A stretch of DNA of 64,000 nucleotides. It comes from an uncultured delta proteobacterium (GTDB taxonomy: Bacteria; Desulfobacterota; Binatia; UBA9968). Under the pieces are notes generated by a model. That model was given only the letters and a program-made list of their open reading frames with translations, was not told where the DNA came from and ran no database searches. Positions 9,531 through 18,432 of this stretch are shown here, piece by piece (position 1 is the first letter of the stretch; each line of letters starts with the position of its first letter). The stretch covers positions 1,088,001 through 1,152,000 of the forward strand of contig CAVSHR010000004.1 in assembly GCA_963727625.1 (NCBI GenBank), given 5' to 3'. The position numbers were made by a program, and so were the translations under genes.

Positions 9531-10849
9531 CAGAAGCGTCCGACACGTTTCACAATAAAATCAGTTGGTTAGGGTCGTCGTAGAGATGTTCGTTGGTTGC
9601 CGAGTAGGTAAGGAGTTGAAACAAGGGAGTTTTCTCGAACGGTGTGATGCTCAGAATCTGTAGCATTTCGTGCAGGGACAACTCCAGATTGAGACGTTTG
9701 CGAACGATGGCAACTAGCACGTACACGGCTACCGCGATCCAGACCTGGGTCTTCACGGCGTTCTCGGATGTGCCGAAGAAGCGCTTGATGCGGAGGTGTT
9801 GCTTGATCCACTTGAAGAACAGCTCGACTTGCCAGCGCGATTTGTATAGCTGGCAAATGGTGAGAGGTGCCAAGGTCATATGATTGGTCAAAAACACCAA
9901 CCGCCGTCCTTCGGCATCGCGATAGCGAATCCGGCGCAGGCGCGCGGGATAGGCCTTCACAGAACGCGGTACGACCAAGTTTACTTCCTGGTCGCAGAGC
10001 AATCCGGTGCGGCGATCGACCGGTCGGGAGTAGACGCGCTTGAATTTGAAGTTGGCTTTGGCACGAGTGACGAAGAAGCTGGCGTCCTGATCGAGGCGGT
10101 ACAGCCGCTCGAAGTCGATGTAGCCGCGGTCCATGACGTAGAACGCGCCCGGTTCGGCAATCAACACATCGAGAACATTGACATCGTGCAGCTTGCCGTC
10201 GGAGATGTGAATGAAGCTGGGAATCGCGCCGCGCAAGTCGAGCAGCGTGTGCAGCTTGATCGCCGCTTTGGTCTTGCGAAACTTGGCCCACGCGAACAGC
10301 GACAAGCACAAGTCGATGGTGGTGGCATCCAAAGCGTAAACCGTCTCGGCAAGCTCCACAGAAAGAGAGTCCTGGGAATACAGTCTGCGTGCGGTGCGGA
10401 TAAGTGCATGAGCGTACTCGGCAAAGATGCGCCAATCGCGCGACTCGTTGGCGTCGGCCAGAGCACTGCGGCTTAGCTTGCCGCGAAGACCCATATGATA
10501 GAGCTTGGCGGGCTGCGCGCGCAAACACGCCTCGATATCGCGCAGGCTTTCGCGGTAGGTTAGCTGTGCGAAGGCCATCGAGAGAAACTGGTCCAAGCAG
10601 CTGAAGGTGCGCACGTTGAAATCGCCACGATACTTCGCCACCAGCCGACGAAACGTATGCCACGGCGCAAACTCCATGAGTTGTGCGAATACCAGATTGC
10701 CTGTGTGCATCGGTGCCTCCCGGGAAAGTCCCGAAAGACTGCCGACAATGACAATATAAATTCAAATCGTTAACACCTCGATACTTTATGAACACTGCGC
10801 AATACCTAGCTTTTTATCAGAGAGACCTAAAATCTGTCGGACGCTTCTG
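9531..10849 (-). mobile_element. IS4-family insertion sequence
   Basis: Perfect 15-bp terminal inverted repeats CAGAAGCGTCCGACA / TGTCGGACGCTTCTG. 9-bp target duplication GTTCAATGT at 9522-9530 and 10850-10858. Confidence 0.93.
9550..10710 (-). CDS. IS4-family transposase (DUF4372 + DDE_Tnp_1)
   Basis: Motifs AQLTYRESLRDIE, ALDATTIDL, KLHTLLDL, DRGYID and YKSRWQVELFFKWIKQHL. Confidence 0.95.
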   Translation of the reverse strand: MHTGNLVFAQLMEFAPWHTFRRLVAKYRGDFNVRTFSCLDQFLSMAFAQLTYRESLRDIEACLRAQPAKLYHMGLRGKLSRSALADANESRDWRIFAEYAHALIRTARRLYSQDSLSVELAETVYALDATTIDLCLSLFAWAKFRKTKAAIKLHTLLDLRGAIPSFIHISDGKLHDVNVLDVLIAEPGAFYVMDRGYIDFERLYRLDQDASFFVTRAKANFKFKRVYSRPVDRRTGLLCDQEVNLVVPRSVKAYPARLRRIRYRDAEGRRLVFLTNHMTLAPLTICQLYKSRWQVELFFKWIKQHLRIKRFFGTSENAVKTQVWIAVAVYVLVAIVRKRLNLELSLHEMLQILSITPFEKTPLFQLLTYSATNEHLYDDPNQLILL

Positions 10850-10933
10850 GTTCAATGTTCAAAGGGTCCAAGGACCAGCTTCGTCGGGGGAACTTCCACG
10901 TTTCGAGAATTCTCGAAGTGTCGAAATGACGGT

Positions 10934-11233
10934 CTAGATAAGCCGGCCCGAGGTCTGAACAACCTTCTCCAGTGCCTTCAACAACACCCGCGTTTCCCCC
11001 TGGTGCTTGAGCCAGTAGCGGACCTCTTTCCCGGCGGTGTCGTATCTCACGATATCGGCTGCGCGCAGCTTGGCCAGGTGACCGCTGACGGTTTGCACCG
11101 AGCGCCCGGCGAGTTTGGCCAGCGCGCTCGGCGTCATCGGTCCGCCTCGATCCAGGAGAATAACCAGATGGTAAATGACCGGATTGCCAAGCAGCCGACA
11201 GAGCCTCGACTCGCGATATTCGGTTTCGTCCAT
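10934..11233 (-). CDS. ArsR-family winged-HTH regulator
   Basis: LGNPV...TPSALAKLAGRSVQTVSGHLAKLRAADIV. Preceded by TTGACA-18-TACATC (11241-11270), 7 nt before the ATG. Confidence 0.8.
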   Translation of the reverse strand: MDETEYRESRLCRLLGNPVIYHLVILLDRGGPMTPSALAKLAGRSVQTVSGHLAKLRAADIVRYDTAGKEVRYWLKHQGETRVLLKALEKVVQTSGRLI

Positions 11234-11304
11234 CGCCAGCGATGTACGGCGAAACCGCCGACCCTGTCAAGCGCCCTTCCACGTTTCGGGAATTCTTAAA
11301 AAAT

Positions 11305-11595
11305 CTACCGGTAACTGCCACGGCGCAGGAGGGCTCTAATCTCGTCGTGGTTGCCAAGAAAGGAAACATAAAGTTCGGGGCCTCGGTCTTGAAAGAGAAA
11401 TCGAAGATCCCGGTTGCCGCGGCATTCAAAGAGCTTGTCTCCTAACTTGCGGATTCCCACACCGCTGTGCACATGGGGCCGGCCAAAACCATCCACCAGG
11501 TCACAAAGCGCAAGGAGACATTCTACTCTTTCGTTCTTTGGCAGTTCGCGCAGGCGGCGGATGACCGCGGGATCGATGGTAAGAAGCTTACTCAA
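11305..11595 (-). CDS. RelE-like toxin (putative)
   Basis: 96 aa with GIRKLGDKLFECRGNRDLRFLF...FLGNHDEI; overlaps the upstream antitoxin. Confidence 0.7.
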   Translation of the reverse strand: MSKLLTIDPAVIRRLRELPKNERVECLLALCDLVDGFGRPHVHSGVGIRKLGDKLFECRGNRDLRFLFQDRGPELYVSFLGNHDEIRALLRRGSYR

Positions 11596-11866
11596 GCATA
11601 TTCCTAAGCTCTTGCACCGTTACCGACGCGAGTTTTTTGTCCCGCTTCAAGCGCCGATAGCGCCGGTCGGTGGCTTTTTCCAAGGCGGCCACCTGCTCGG
11701 GCGGAGCGCCATACTCCCGCTGGGCATAGTCTGTGGACTCGACGTCGACCTTCCTGAGCGCGACGATGTCGGCGCCGCAGACAATACCGATATCCTCGCC
11801 CCGCGCCGCCGCCTCGAGCCAACGGCCCAAATTCTTCTTCGCATCCGTGATCGTTAGGGTCTTCAT
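11588..11866 (-). CDS. Phd-like antitoxin (putative)
   Basis: N-terminus MKTLTITDAKKNLGRWLEAAARGEDIGI is Phd-like. Confidence 0.7.
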   Translation of the reverse strand: MKTLTITDAKKNLGRWLEAAARGEDIGIVCGADIVALRKVDVESTDYAQREYGAPPEQVAALEKATDRRYRRLKRDKKLASVTVQELRNMLE

Positions 11867-11872
11867 AAAGAC

Positions 11873-11901
11873 TCTATATCGCCGCTATATAGATCTGTCA
11901 A
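11873..11901 (-). promoter_or_regulatory. Leaderless sigma-70 promoter with operator for TA cassette 2
   Basis: TTGACA-17-TATAGA, 6 nt before the ATG, with CTATAT repeats overlapping it. Confidence 0.65.
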
Positions 11902-12129
11902 GGATGGAGCCAGGGCTCTTTCCTATCGTTCCTAACGGGGATCGGAGCGTTCCGGCCGTTTACGAATAGGCGTGCGGCGCGAGGCAACAGGCGCGAGTGC
12001 CGGAATGAGGAGGGATAAAGGATAATAGCGCTATCGGCGTTCAAGCGTTCAAGGTTTAAGGGTTCAAGGACGGATTCTCAGGGGAACTTCCAGGTTTCAG
12101 AAATTTTTGAAACGTCGAAATGAAAAATA

Positions 12130-12445
12130 GCCAGAAGGCATCCGGCAACAGGCGATCGCCAAAGCCAAATTCACGCTCAATTGCTCAAGCTTGATCCGGA
12201 GGTCCTTTTGAAGCTCGACGGTTTGCCCAAGCCGAATGAAAGCTCGAACCACGTAGACACTCATCCGTACCGCGTGCCGGCTATTGAGCACATCGGCTGT
12301 CATGATCGCGCCGTGCCCGTGAAGACCTAGGGTCGATACTTGATTTTTTTCTCGCGTTTCAAGATCACAGATTGTGATCTTGAAACTGCGATGGCGATGG
12401 CCTCAGCGCGGCTCGAACGAAAACTGACACCCGCAGGAAATTTCT
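12130..12445 (-). pseudogene. ORF6N (KilA-N-like) DNA-binding protein remnant
   Basis: SRSQSVILK...YRP*VFT-HGAIMTADVLNSRHAVRMSVYVVRAFIRL, with a stop codon and a frameshift. Confidence 0.7.
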
Positions 12446-12614
12446 CTCGCCAAATACGCTGCCCACGCAAAGGTCACCCAACCCGTGACCCCCATGGAAA
12501 TTTGATCTCTTAACTTGGCGAGCTTTGCGCGAGATATTCCGATTTCTTGGCCGCGGCTCTGCCGCGCCGGACCCTTCGCGGTGCATAATGCGCCACACCA
12601 AAGCCTGAATAACC

Positions 12615-13655
12615 TCAATCCTCGACGATCGACACGGTCGCCTTGACGCCTTTCTCTGCGAGGATCCGAACATACTCTTTTTGGATTTCCGCCGGCTCTT
12701 CGGCCATCGGGATCATCGTCCAGAGCGGATTGCGAAAGCGGTCGTGGCTGTATTTCGGGCTGTCGCCGCGCATGGCGAAGTGGCGCATGGCGCCTTGGCC
12801 GGTGTTGAAGTGGCCGTGCCACATGAGATCGTCGGGCGAATAAACCGTGCCGACCTTGAAATCGTGGCGCTGCTTTTCCTCGCCGTCTTTCCACAGCATG
12901 ACGTATCCCTCGCCTTGGGTGATGATGATCACCGCGCCGGGGCCATGGCGGTGAAAGGTGCTGCGGCAGCCCGGCGGAAATTCCGATACATGGCAGCCGT
13001 AAGTCGTATCAGCCAGGGTAAAGCGCATATGCCGCACGCCCTTCCCTTTCATCGGAAACTCGTCGAGCGGAAATTGATTGACGTCCGGAACCAGGTTGGT
13101 TTCCCAGTAACGCTCGGCCATATGCTTATTGTAGCGGAGAAAATCATCGCCCTGATGAAAGCGGTCGCGAAAATTGAACGGATTGCGAAAAATAAAATCC
13201 CGGTTATGAAAAATATTGATCATGCGCGGACAGGTGGTGCCGACGAACAAGCGCACCGGTTCGTCGCGCGCGCCGTTGTAGTGAACATAGGATGAGTTCA
13301 GCGGTATGGCGAAAATCGCCCCGGGACCCCACTCGAAGGTCACTTTACTGGACCCGTCCTGCCAGATCGCAGTGGCGCCCCGTCCTTTGGCGACGTAGAC
13401 GATCTCCTCGAACAGATGGCGCTGCGGCAGGGTCTCCCCGCCCGGCGCGATCTCGCAAACATAGGCGTCGGTCTGCTGCTGGTTGGAAAGATTGAGATAA
13501 CAGCCGCGCGCGCCCATTCGCTCCCAGGGATCGAGCGTTAACTCGATTACGTCGTTGACCACGTTCCCCTTGACGATGGGAATGCCCTCTTCGGCTTGCA
13601 GAAGATCGTAGGGGGTCGGTCCGAAATCGAGATGTTCGCGGAACGGCAAGAGCAT
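12615..13655 (-). CDS. Bicupin protein (gentisate 1,2-dioxygenase-like)
   Basis: Two cupin motifs, QRHLFEEIVYV...H and FHRHGPGA...WHGHFN. RBS AAAGGAG before ATG 13655. Confidence 0.8.
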   Translation of the reverse strand: MLLPFREHLDFGPTPYDLLQAEEGIPIVKGNVVNDVIELTLDPWERMGARGCYLNLSNQQQTDAYVCEIAPGGETLPQRHLFEEIVYVAKGRGATAIWQDGSSKVTFEWGPGAIFAIPLNSSYVHYNGARDEPVRLFVGTTCPRMINIFHNRDFIFRNPFNFRDRFHQGDDFLRYNKHMAERYWETNLVPDVNQFPLDEFPMKGKGVRHMRFTLADTTYGCHVSEFPPGCRSTFHRHGPGAVIIITQGEGYVMLWKDGEEKQRHDFKVGTVYSPDDLMWHGHFNTGQGAMRHFAMRGDSPKYSHDRFRNPLWTMIPMAEEPAEIQKEYVRILAEKGVKATVSIVED

Positions 13656-13782
13656 GATCCGAACTCCTTTGTAACCTGATCTTTCATAACACGAATCCAT
13701 GGACCGATGACAATCCTTCACCCAGCGAATTTCGACCGCGTTGCACTTGCGGCAAGGCGGAACTCTCCCGTATATTTTATCG

Positions 13783-14157
13783 ATGAAAAATAATCTCGCA
13801 CCTGGAATCGTTCGCACCCGCACCTATGCCACCAACCTGGAGATGCGCGCGCGCCAGCTCAAGACGGATGTTTTCTCCACTCCGGCAATGATCGGCTTGA
13901 TGGAGAGAACCAGCGTCGAGCTGACCGAGCCCTACCTCGATGAAAATGAGCAAACCGTCGGCATCCACGTCGACGTTCGCCATATGGCGCCGACCAAAAT
14001 CGGCCAGAGCGTCACCGTGACCGCCGAGCTTTTGGAAGTGAAAGACAACAAGCTCCGTTACGCCGTATCGGCGATCAATGATCAGGGCGTTAAGATCGGC
14101 GAGGGACTGCACCGTCGGGCCGTGATCGACACCAAGCGCTTCAGCGGCGACGCGTAA
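13783..14157 (+). CDS. Fluoroacetyl-CoA thioesterase-like hotdog protein (FlK family)
   Basis: Motifs VFSTPAMIGLME, TVGIHVDVRHMAPT and GEGLHRRAVI. Confidence 0.85.
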   Translation: MKNNLAPGIVRTRTYATNLEMRARQLKTDVFSTPAMIGLMERTSVELTEPYLDENEQTVGIHVDVRHMAPTKIGQSVTVTAELLEVKDNKLRYAVSAINDQGVKIGEGLHRRAVIDTKRFSGDA

Positions 14158-14487
14158 GCTTCAGGCGTGGCCTGTTCGCCTACCCGGTGCCCTTGAAAAC
14201 GCTGAAATTCGTAACCGATTACGCCAGTCCTGAAATCAACCGGCGTTCAGCGCTTATTTCAAAAAAACAGCCGGCAAAGAACCGGAAATTGTCCTGCCGG
14301 AACCGATGGACAAGGCGTTAAAGAACTTGAAGCGTTCACCGGAGGTAGTGGAGATGCGGAAAAAACTGGCCGGGCCGGCGCCGCTGCCGCACGATGACGC
14401 GAGCGAACTTTTGGTGTTGCATCGGTCTTATTGATCCCAGCCATTTTTCGGGCGAGGTTCATCCCCGACCTCACTTATCAAGCCTGC

Positions 14488-14964
14488 CTAGTACCCCCCG
14501 AACAAAAGACCCGCCGGCCAGCGCATTTCGAGCGTATATTCGAATAATCCCCATATAAGCGCGTAAGCACAGCCGGCTAGAATCAAAGAAGTGAGCCATT
14601 TTTCTTTGCCCTCGACGAGAGCATAGAGAAACACCAACAACGGCAGGCTGATGACGATGCCGATCAGCCATATCCCCACGGCGCCGCCGATAAACCAGGC
14701 GAAAAAAGTGAGAGTACGGATCAGTTCGACGCGCTTATCGACCATCCCGCCGTGGGTCTCATCCATCTCGATGGTGCCCCCCGTCCGGGCTTGCCGTGCC
14801 TCCCAGCCGCTCGCTTCGCGGTAAAGCTGGATCAGCGAGAGCACAAGCCCCGGAATCGCAGCGATATAAACCGGCATGAGCTTGGCGATATAAGGCCACT
14901 CCCAGCCCCACCAGATGGCACCGACAAAGATTAGGATCAGCAACACAGTAAAATTAACTGTCAT
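14488..14964 (-). CDS. tctB: Tripartite tricarboxylate transporter TctB-like membrane protein
   Basis: 4-5 hydrophobic segments and a WPAG C-terminus; coupled to tctA. Confidence 0.75.
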   Translation of the reverse strand: MTVNFTVLLILIFVGAIWWGWEWPYIAKLMPVYIAAIPGLVLSLIQLYREASGWEARQARTGGTIEMDETHGGMVDKRVELIRTLTFFAWFIGGAVGIWLIGIVISLPLLVFLYALVEGKEKWLTSLILAGCAYALIWGLFEYTLEMRWPAGLLFGGY

Positions 14965-16477
14965 CGTCGCCTCCGGCAGCTGCATCTGCCTTGGACGCGC
15001 TTCTCATCCGTCCCCGCACGGCAAAAAAGAACGAGGTGCTCGCCAGGATCAATAGCGCGATCACGGCCGGGCGAGAAAGCCAGGTAAATCCGTAGCTCAT
15101 CATGGAACGATAGAGATAGCGCTCCATCAAGCTGCCCAGCACTAACCCGAGAACCATCGCCGGCCGCGGATAGCCACAGCGCCGCATCAGGTAACCGAGG
15201 ATGCCGAAAATCACCACGCTCAAAAGATCCGCGGCGTCGCGAGTGACGCTGAAAGCGCCCATCAGAATAAAAATAAAAATCGTCGGCACCATGATCGAGT
15301 AGCGCACTTGGGCGAGTTTGGCCAGCTGCGCGGCCAAGCCGAAGCCTATCAAGCTCCCGACGATTCCCGAGATGCCTTGAATCCAGACCACGCTGTAGAT
15401 CACGTCCGGATTTCTTTTGATCATCTCGGGCCCGGGCAAATAACCCCATGCCAGCAAGGCAACGATAAACAGCGCGGTCACCACCCCTTGGGGAAAACCG
15501 AGCAGCAAGGTCGTGATCAGGTCGCCGCCGTCCTTGGCGTCGTTGGCGCTTTCCGGCGCGATGACGCCGCGCACATCGCCGGTGCCGAAGGATTTTCCGC
15601 CGTCCTTGCTGGTCTGCGCCGCGTGACCGTAGGCGAGCCAATCCACCACCTGCGAGCCGATGCCCGGAACGATGCCGACCCATACGCCGAGAAAACTGCA
15701 GCGCACCACTAACCACCATTCGCGCAGGGTATCCTTCACGCCGTCATAAAGTTTTCCGGTCAGCGGTGCCGGCTGCTGCTCGACGCCGAGCCGGTGTAAA
15801 GCTAGATCCAACGCGGCAGGAATACCGAACAAGGCCAGGGCAATGATGCTGATCGAAATCCCGTCCAACAGATAGGGCTCGTCGAAAACAAAGCGCATGA
15901 TGCCGCTTTGCTCCTGTTGGCCGACGGTGGCGAGCAATAGGCCGAACGCCGCGGCAATCAGCCCCTTGATCGGCCGGCGCCCGGCGAGCACTGCGACCAT
16001 GCTCAGGCCCCAGAGCACGACGACAAACAGTTCCGGCGAGCCCATTAAATAAATCAGCGGCTTCGCCACCGGGATCGCCACTGCAAGAGTAAAGGTGCCG
16101 ATCAGCGAGCCCATACCGCCGGCCATAAAAGATGCGCCCAAAGCGCGCCGGGCTTCGCCCCGTTTGCCCATGGGATAGCCGTCGAGGATCGTCGCCTGCG
16201 ACCCGGCACCGCCGGGGATGCCGAACAGCACCGGCAAGTACGCCGCGCAGATCGCGCTCACCGAGCTCGCGCCGATCAGCAGCGCGATGCCGGTGACCGG
16301 TTCCCATTTGATCACGACCGGAAGCATGATGGCGTAAACTAGCGGCATGCCCAATCCCTGCGGCGCGACGGCCGTAAAGGTGCCGATGCTGACCCCGACC
16401 AGCATGGCGAAAAACACCTTGAAATGAAGGATATTCAGAAATCCTTTGATGGCGGCGTCGACGAGAGAGATTTCCAT
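14954..16477 (-). CDS. tctA: Tripartite tricarboxylate transporter permease TctA
   Basis: Motifs LFGIPG, DGYPMGKRGEA and GVIAPESANDAKDGG. Confidence 0.9.
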   Translation of the reverse strand: MEISLVDAAIKGFLNILHFKVFFAMLVGVSIGTFTAVAPQGLGMPLVYAIMLPVVIKWEPVTGIALLIGASSVSAICAAYLPVLFGIPGGAGSQATILDGYPMGKRGEARRALGASFMAGGMGSLIGTFTLAVAIPVAKPLIYLMGSPELFVVVLWGLSMVAVLAGRRPIKGLIAAAFGLLLATVGQQEQSGIMRFVFDEPYLLDGISISIIALALFGIPAALDLALHRLGVEQQPAPLTGKLYDGVKDTLREWWLVVRCSFLGVWVGIVPGIGSQVVDWLAYGHAAQTSKDGGKSFGTGDVRGVIAPESANDAKDGGDLITTLLLGFPQGVVTALFIVALLAWGYLPGPEMIKRNPDVIYSVVWIQGISGIVGSLIGFGLAAQLAKLAQVRYSIMVPTIFIFILMGAFSVTRDAADLLSVVIFGILGYLMRRCGYPRPAMVLGLVLGSLMERYLYRSMMSYGFTWLSRPAVIALLILASTSFFFAVRGRMRSASKADAAAGGDDDS

Positions 16478-16684
16478 AAAGGCGCTTCTTGCATGCCTTT
16501 CTAAGTTGCGCTGGTTAACGAACTGCTACTGCTGCCGTTTCCTCGTTGCGGACAATGGCTTGAGCTGTTTAAACTTCGACTTGGAATAACGGATTTTGGA
16601 AACGTAAGCCAGACTTTTTATTTATTTCAGAAATAAACCGGAGACGGCAACCCAGGTTAACCGCCTGCCGTCATGACCCACCGG

Positions 16685-17094
16685 CTATCGTGGCGGTAGC
16701 GGTCCCGCCCCGGACATTCTTTTCAGCGGATCCAAGGTCTCCGCGTCACGCGAAATCTCCGCGACCACTTTGGTCAACTGATCGGCGTCGAGCGGCGAGG
16801 CGTCGTCAGCCCGTCGGGAGCGACCGATTTGTAAATGTGATTGGCGCCTTTGCGTCCGCCGCCGCCGTTCATGTATTCGATCACCACGGTGGGGTTTCCG
16901 GGAATATGTTTTTTGAGAAACGGCAGCATGGCCTTGACCCGCAGGTCGCCGGTGCCGCCCGGCGCCGTCGTGGCGATCAGCGTCACCGTCTTGCCCTGAA
17001 AAAACTTGCTTTGACACCAGCCGAGCGTCGGTGCCGCTAACGCCGGAACCGCCACCGCGCAGAGCAAATTTCGTATCGACTTCGATAACTCCAT
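16685..17094 (-). pseudogene. tctC: TctC substrate-binding protein, internally deleted
   Basis: The N-terminus (FFQGKTVTLI...PGGTGD...PDGLT) is joined out of frame to the C-terminus (...GAGPLPPR), which matches the end of the intact TctC at 32496. Confidence 0.8.
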
Positions 17095-17625
17095 AGCAAA
17101 TCTCCTCTCAGAGGCGCGACGGCCGAGGGTCTGCACCGATTATCGCTTTGATCAGCTTGACGAACCCGGCATCATGAATTTCACGGATTACCTTCTGACG
17201 CGACTCGAACGACATCCGGGCCTCGCTGATCGCCGCGACGTCCTCCTCGCTTACATCGGCAACTTGACGGGACAGCCCATTCGATCGTAAAACTGGATCA
17301 CCGCACGCCACCGCCCATGGACCCGAAAGCGATCGTTTCCAATCAGCTCGTTGCGCAGCAGAAAAAATTATCCCAGCGAAATTTTCTAAGTCAACGCGTT
17401 TTTATACTTTCCGTTGAGATTTCCACGAGGTCCCGGCACCGGGTTTCTCAGGCATAGCGCGCGAAGCCGCGCTGTTGGGGGGCTGCGGCATGATCCGATC
17501 GCCATGGCGGCGCAGTCATCCCCGCTCCCCTCCCCGCTGAGCCATGCCGTTTAGGTGATGCGCACAAGTTGAATTTGCGCCGCGGACCGGGCGGTGGTAC
17601 AAGTCTCGAAATTGGAGGGACGTCT

Positions 17626-18186
17626 ATGAAACTATACTCCTACCAACCTTGACCCTACGCCCACAGGACAAGGATTGTCCTGGCCGAGAAAAACATTCCC
17701 CATCAACTCATCGAGTGCGATCTCGCGAATAAACCGAAGGATCTATTGGAGCTCAATCCTTACGGCAAAGTTCCGGTGCTCGTCGACGGCGATGGCGTTA
17801 TTTACGAGTCCGCGATCATCAACGAATATCTCGAGGAGAAATATCCCGAGGTCCCGCTCATGCCCGAGGACCCGTTGAAGCGCTCCCACGCGCGCATCTG
17901 GATCGACTACTGCAACACCCGCCTGCAGCAAGCCGCCGGCTACATTGCCCATAACCACGAAGTTGAAAAGTCCAAAGAGAAGTTGCGCGGGTATCTGGAA
18001 AATTTGAATCAAGAGATGAGCGGCAAAGATTACATCGCCGGCGATTATTCGCTTGCGGACATTACTTACATTCCGTTTTTTTGCCGCTTGCAGCGCTACC
18101 AGGCCGCCATAGGAAACGACTTGCCGTACCTGAAGGCGTGGATGGAGCGGCTGCTGGAGCGCCCCGCCGTGCGGTCTACGCCGTAA
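17626..18186 (+). CDS. Glutathione S-transferase (omega/SspA-like), probable selenoprotein (UPYA)
   Basis: RBS GGAGG then ATG 17626: MKLYSYQP-UGA-PYAHRTRIVLAEK...LNPYGKVPVL...YESAII. The UGA (17650-17652) sits at the CPYA cysteine position. Confidence 0.85.
17664..17682 (+). promoter_or_regulatory. Putative bacterial SECIS hairpin
   Basis: CAGGACAA-GGA-TTGTCCTG, an 8-bp stem with a G-containing loop, starting 11 nt after the UGA. Confidence 0.7.
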
Positions 18187-18270
18187 ACGTCGAGCGGCTT
18201 TCCGGATTTAAGCGCGGGAGCGAGATAAAAACTTGAAGGGTCCGCAGTCGCCGCAGCCGTTGCAGCCTGA

Positions 18271-18432
18271 CTAGCGGCCCATGGCAAAGCGTAGCCCAAG
18301 TTCGGAGACTCTAGTGTCAGTGTCGTCCAATTGCACCAACGAGCTCTCCCAACTACGATGGACCGACATCAGCGAGAGTAACGAGAAAAAAACGAAAACC
18401 AGCGCCAGAAGCGTACCCGATAAGCCCTTCAT
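18271..18432 (-). CDS. Small membrane protein (53 aa, hypothetical)
   Basis: GAGGTG RBS and hydrophobic N-terminus MKGLSGTLLALVFVFFSLLSLM. Confidence 0.4.
   Translation of the reverse strand: MKGLSGTLLALVFVFFSLLSLMSVHRSWESSLVQLDDTDTRVSELGLRFAMGR

Larger units (their letters stand above)
9249..10930. repeat. ~360-bp repeated module, copy 2, split by IS4
   Basis: 9249-9530 and 10850-10930 join to reproduce 7428-7788. Confidence 0.88.
7744..12122. repeat. Six copies of a ~42-bp palindromic cassette-boundary motif GGGGAACTTCCACGTTTCGAGAATTCTCGAAACGTCGAAATG
   Basis: Copies at about 7744-7785, 7991-8032, 9198-9240, 10887-10928, 11276-11303 (truncated) and 12081-12122. The consensus core ACGTTTCGAGAATTCTCGAAACGT is a 24-bp palindrome. 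All copies share one orientation. Confidence 0.88.

Noticed and set aside
9569-10795. 408-aa alternative-frame ORF over the IS4 transposase
   Set aside because: Arg-rich shadow frame with no motifs; typical of high-GC DNA.
7744-12122. CRISPR array
   Set aside because: The repeats are separated by 0.2-1.6 kb containing genes, not 30-40-nt spacers, and there are no cas genes.
7400-12450. Classical integron or CALIN
   Set aside because: No tyrosine integrase, and the repeat lacks the RYYYAAC...GTTRRRY attC ends.
17108-17311. 67-aa ORF upstream of the tctC remnant
   Set aside because: Possibly a gene 3' remnant, but no recognisable motif or convincing start.
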